Assembly (NCBI GenBank): GCA_019058445.1
Contig: JAHPZA010000010.1
Location: 192,001-256,000 of the forward strand
DNA from: Promethearchaeota archaeon
GTDB lineage: Archaea; Asgardarchaeota; Lokiarchaeia; Sigyniarchaeales; SOKP01
DNA length: 64,000 bases
Direction of reading: 5' to 3'
A model generated the notes under the pieces. That model saw nothing but the letters and a program-made list of their open reading frames with translations, searched no databases and had not been told where the DNA came from. This document shows, piece after piece, positions 61,976 through 64,000 of the stretch. A program made the translations under genes and the position numbers. The first letter of the stretch is position 1. Each line of letters begins with the position of its first letter.

Positions 61976-63211
61976 ATGAGCATTAAATCTTTATTAAATA
62001 AAATCAAATCAATGCAGAACACTCAAAAAATTCAATTCTTAATAGTAAATTTAATTTGTTTTTTCGCAATTTTTCTTATATTAATCTATGGAATTCTTTT
62101 CTTAGATCCATTTTTGGAGCCTGTTAATTCAGATGATAAAGCTTATATTAGAATGGCAGAAAATATCTTTGTGCCTGTTGATGCTCCATGGAAATATCGT
62201 ATATTAACACCATTACTAGTATATTTACTTCCTTTTAATGTTATTACTGGTTTTATTATTGTAAACTTGACAAGTCTATATTTGACTTCAGTTTTAATGT
62301 TTTATTATCTTAGAAAATTTGACTTTAATTTTAAAATAAGTATTGTGGGTATGCTTCTTTTTATTTTAAATCCAATTACTCTAGGACTTCTTATAGCAAT
62401 TTGTGTAGTAGATTTATTATCTTTTTTTTTTATATTGCTGAGTTTTTATGCTTTATTTGACAAAAAAGAGAAATTATTTCTCTTCACGGTTAGTGTAGGA
62501 GTTGCTAATAGAGAAGTTATTTTAATTATGTTAATTTTTTATTTTATCTTAAAAAATACAGAATTAGACTTATTATCATCTATAAAATCAACGTTATTAA
62601 TTTCAATTATTCCTGTAGTTGTTTTCTTTTTAATACGATTTATTTATGGCTTTGATGCAAATTATTTTTCTATTGATTTAGTCGGAAATACTATCTTAAC
62701 TCATTATAGAACCTTTCAATCAAATATATTTATTCATCCATATTTAATTTATTTACCTTTCGGGATCTTTTGGTTAGTAAGTTTAATAAATTTGCGTAAA
62801 TTGGATAACATTTTTCTTAAAAAATCAATATTTTTAATTCCATTCATATTTATGCAGGCATTTATTGCCACAAATTATTCACGTCTTCTATTTATTGCAT
62901 TTCCTTTAATCATTCCAATTAGTTTATATATTTTCAAAATTAATTTTTCAAAAAAACTACTAATCTCTCTATTTGGTTTAGCCAGCATTCTTTCTGTTGT
63001 ACATTTTATAGGAGTAATTTATTTTATCCAATCAAATCCTTACTCGATACTCACAAATCCAGAAAATTATTTGTTCTATGCATTTTTTATTACCATATTT
63101 GACATTTTCTCTTGTATAGTCTTCACATTATTACTTTTAAAAAGAGAATTCTTTTTTAAAAACAATTCAATGACCAAATTAGCGATTCAAACAACCGTTG
63201 AAATAAATTAG
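61976..63211 (+). CDS. Polytopic membrane protein, GT-C-like
   Basis: TM1 followed by NSDDKAY...APWKYRIL.P, later D and NRE motifs; about 11 TM segments. Confidence 0.65.
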   Translation: MSIKSLLNKIKSMQNTQKIQFLIVNLICFFAIFLILIYGILFLDPFLEPVNSDDKAYIRMAENIFVPVDAPWKYRILTPLLVYLLPFNVITGFIIVNLTSLYLTSVLMFYYLRKFDFNFKISIVGMLLFILNPITLGLLIAICVVDLLSFFFILLSFYALFDKKEKLFLFTVSVGVANREVILIMLIFYFILKNTELDLLSSIKSTLLISIIPVVVFFLIRFIYGFDANYFSIDLVGNTILTHYRTFQSNIFIHPYLIYLPFGIFWLVSLINLRKLDNIFLKKSIFLIPFIFMQAFIATNYSRLLFIAFPLIIPISLYIFKINFSKKLLISLFGLASILSVVHFIGVIYFIQSNPYSILTNPENYLFYAFFITIFDIFSCIVFTLLLLKREFFFKNNSMTKLAIQTTVEIN

Positions 63212-63219
63212 TCTCATCT

Positions 63220-64000
63220 TTAGGGTTTTTTTCCTCCACCTTTTTGGGAGGGAAGAAAAATCTCAATTTTTTGAACCAATTTTCTAATAAGATAATTTTT
63301 TGAATTAAGAATTGGTATAATTTTTATCATATCATTAAATTCTTTTTTTGTTATTGTTTTGGTAAAGTAAAAAATTATATAAAAAACAAGAGCAAAAACA
63401 CTGAATTTAATAGTCCCATTTATGAAGAAATTAATGTATGCTTTATCAAAATAATCAATATTTATTAAATAGTTTAAAGGATAGACAATTATAAAACTAA
63501 CCAAAAAAATGATAAAAGGCTTAAAGAAAAATACAAAATTAAGCTGTAACTCCGTTTGTTTATTGATCAGATATACACTAATAAACGTCATAAGAAATGA
63601 ACATAGTAAATAAAAGATTATTAAGGTAAAAAAATCAAAGTATAATAGAACTATTATTGTAAACACTATAGTGATAATCATTCTAATAAATTCAATCTCT
63701 GCATTAATTTTAGTGTTATTTGTCGATAATGTTAAAATCATAAGGTTATTAATAATGACCTGCGCAAACGCCATAAATAAAAATAATTGAATTGCCCTCA
63801 AAATAACAAGGTATATTTCTGAATAAATCACCACAATATAAAATTCTATATAAAAGATCATAATTCCCACGATAATACAAACAAAGATCATTAAAAATTT
63901 ATTCAATTTATAAAAAAGATTTTGATATACCTCAGAATTTTTTTCATAATCAATTTCTGAGAAGATTGAGATATATGCTTCTGGATTTGAACTTGAAAAT
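63220..64000 (-). CDS. Flippase/polysaccharide export protein, C-terminal part (5' end outside the window)
   Basis: The frame is open to 64000; multi-TM with a Wzx-like C-terminal pattern. Confidence 0.65.
   Translation of the reverse strand, partial: FSSSNPEAYISIFSEIDYEKNSEVYQNLFYKLNKFLMIFVCIIVGIMIFYIEFYIVVIYSEIYLVILRAIQLFLFMAFAQVIINNLMILTLSTNNTKINAEIEFIRMIITIVFTIIVLLYFDFFTLIIFYLLCSFLMTFISVYLINKQTELQLNFVFFFKPFIIFLVSFIIVYPLNYLINIDYFDKAYINFFINGTIKFSVFALVFYIIFYFTKTITKKEFNDMIKIIPILNSKNYLIRKLVQKIEIFLPSQKGGGKKP

Noticed and set aside
1-64000. CRISPR arrays, tRNA/rRNA, IS elements, integrases
   Set aside because: No regularly spaced repeats, GC-rich structured RNA segments or transposase/recombinase motifs were recognised.

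Overview
This is a very AT-rich, gene-dense 64-kb window that is almost entirely one surface-glycan biosynthesis and decoration locus. GGTG(A)-type Shine-Dalgarno motifs, short strand-alternating transcription units, a dolichol-P-sugar-synthase-like GT2 and three GT-C-type membrane proteins suggest an archaeon, possibly Asgard/Lokiarchaeia (inference only). Nucleotide-sugar enzymes: glf, rfbABCD, a vioA-like aminotransferase and fcl. About 20 glycosyltransferases: GT4 x8, CgeB-like x2, GT2 x3, GT9 x2, GT8-like, GT61, GT-C x3. Transport: two Wzx-like flippases and an ABC-2 pair. Tailoring enzymes: 7 class I methyltransferases, 2 cobalamin-dependent radical SAM proteins, a NodU/CmcH carbamoyltransferase, 2 AsnB amidotransferases, an AAC(3)-family acetyltransferase with a FabG-like SDR, a sulfatase-fold transferase and an (alpha/alpha)-toroid protein. 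A larA plus FAD/Fe-S 2-hydroxyacid oxidoreductase pair is embedded next to rfb. Main observations not visible in the ORF track: (1) four genes appear to initiate at ATA/ATC/ATT behind well-spaced SD motifs, one of them recovering a whole 159-aa B12-binding domain; (2) a CgeB-like glycosyltransferase is fused to an apparently inactivated HsdR_N restriction-endonuclease-like domain; (3) a full-length decayed paralog of the DPM-like GT2 brackets an 851-aa membrane protein, and a second gene remnant lies at about 22.9-23.2 kb. No rRNA, tRNA, CRISPR array or transposase was recognised.
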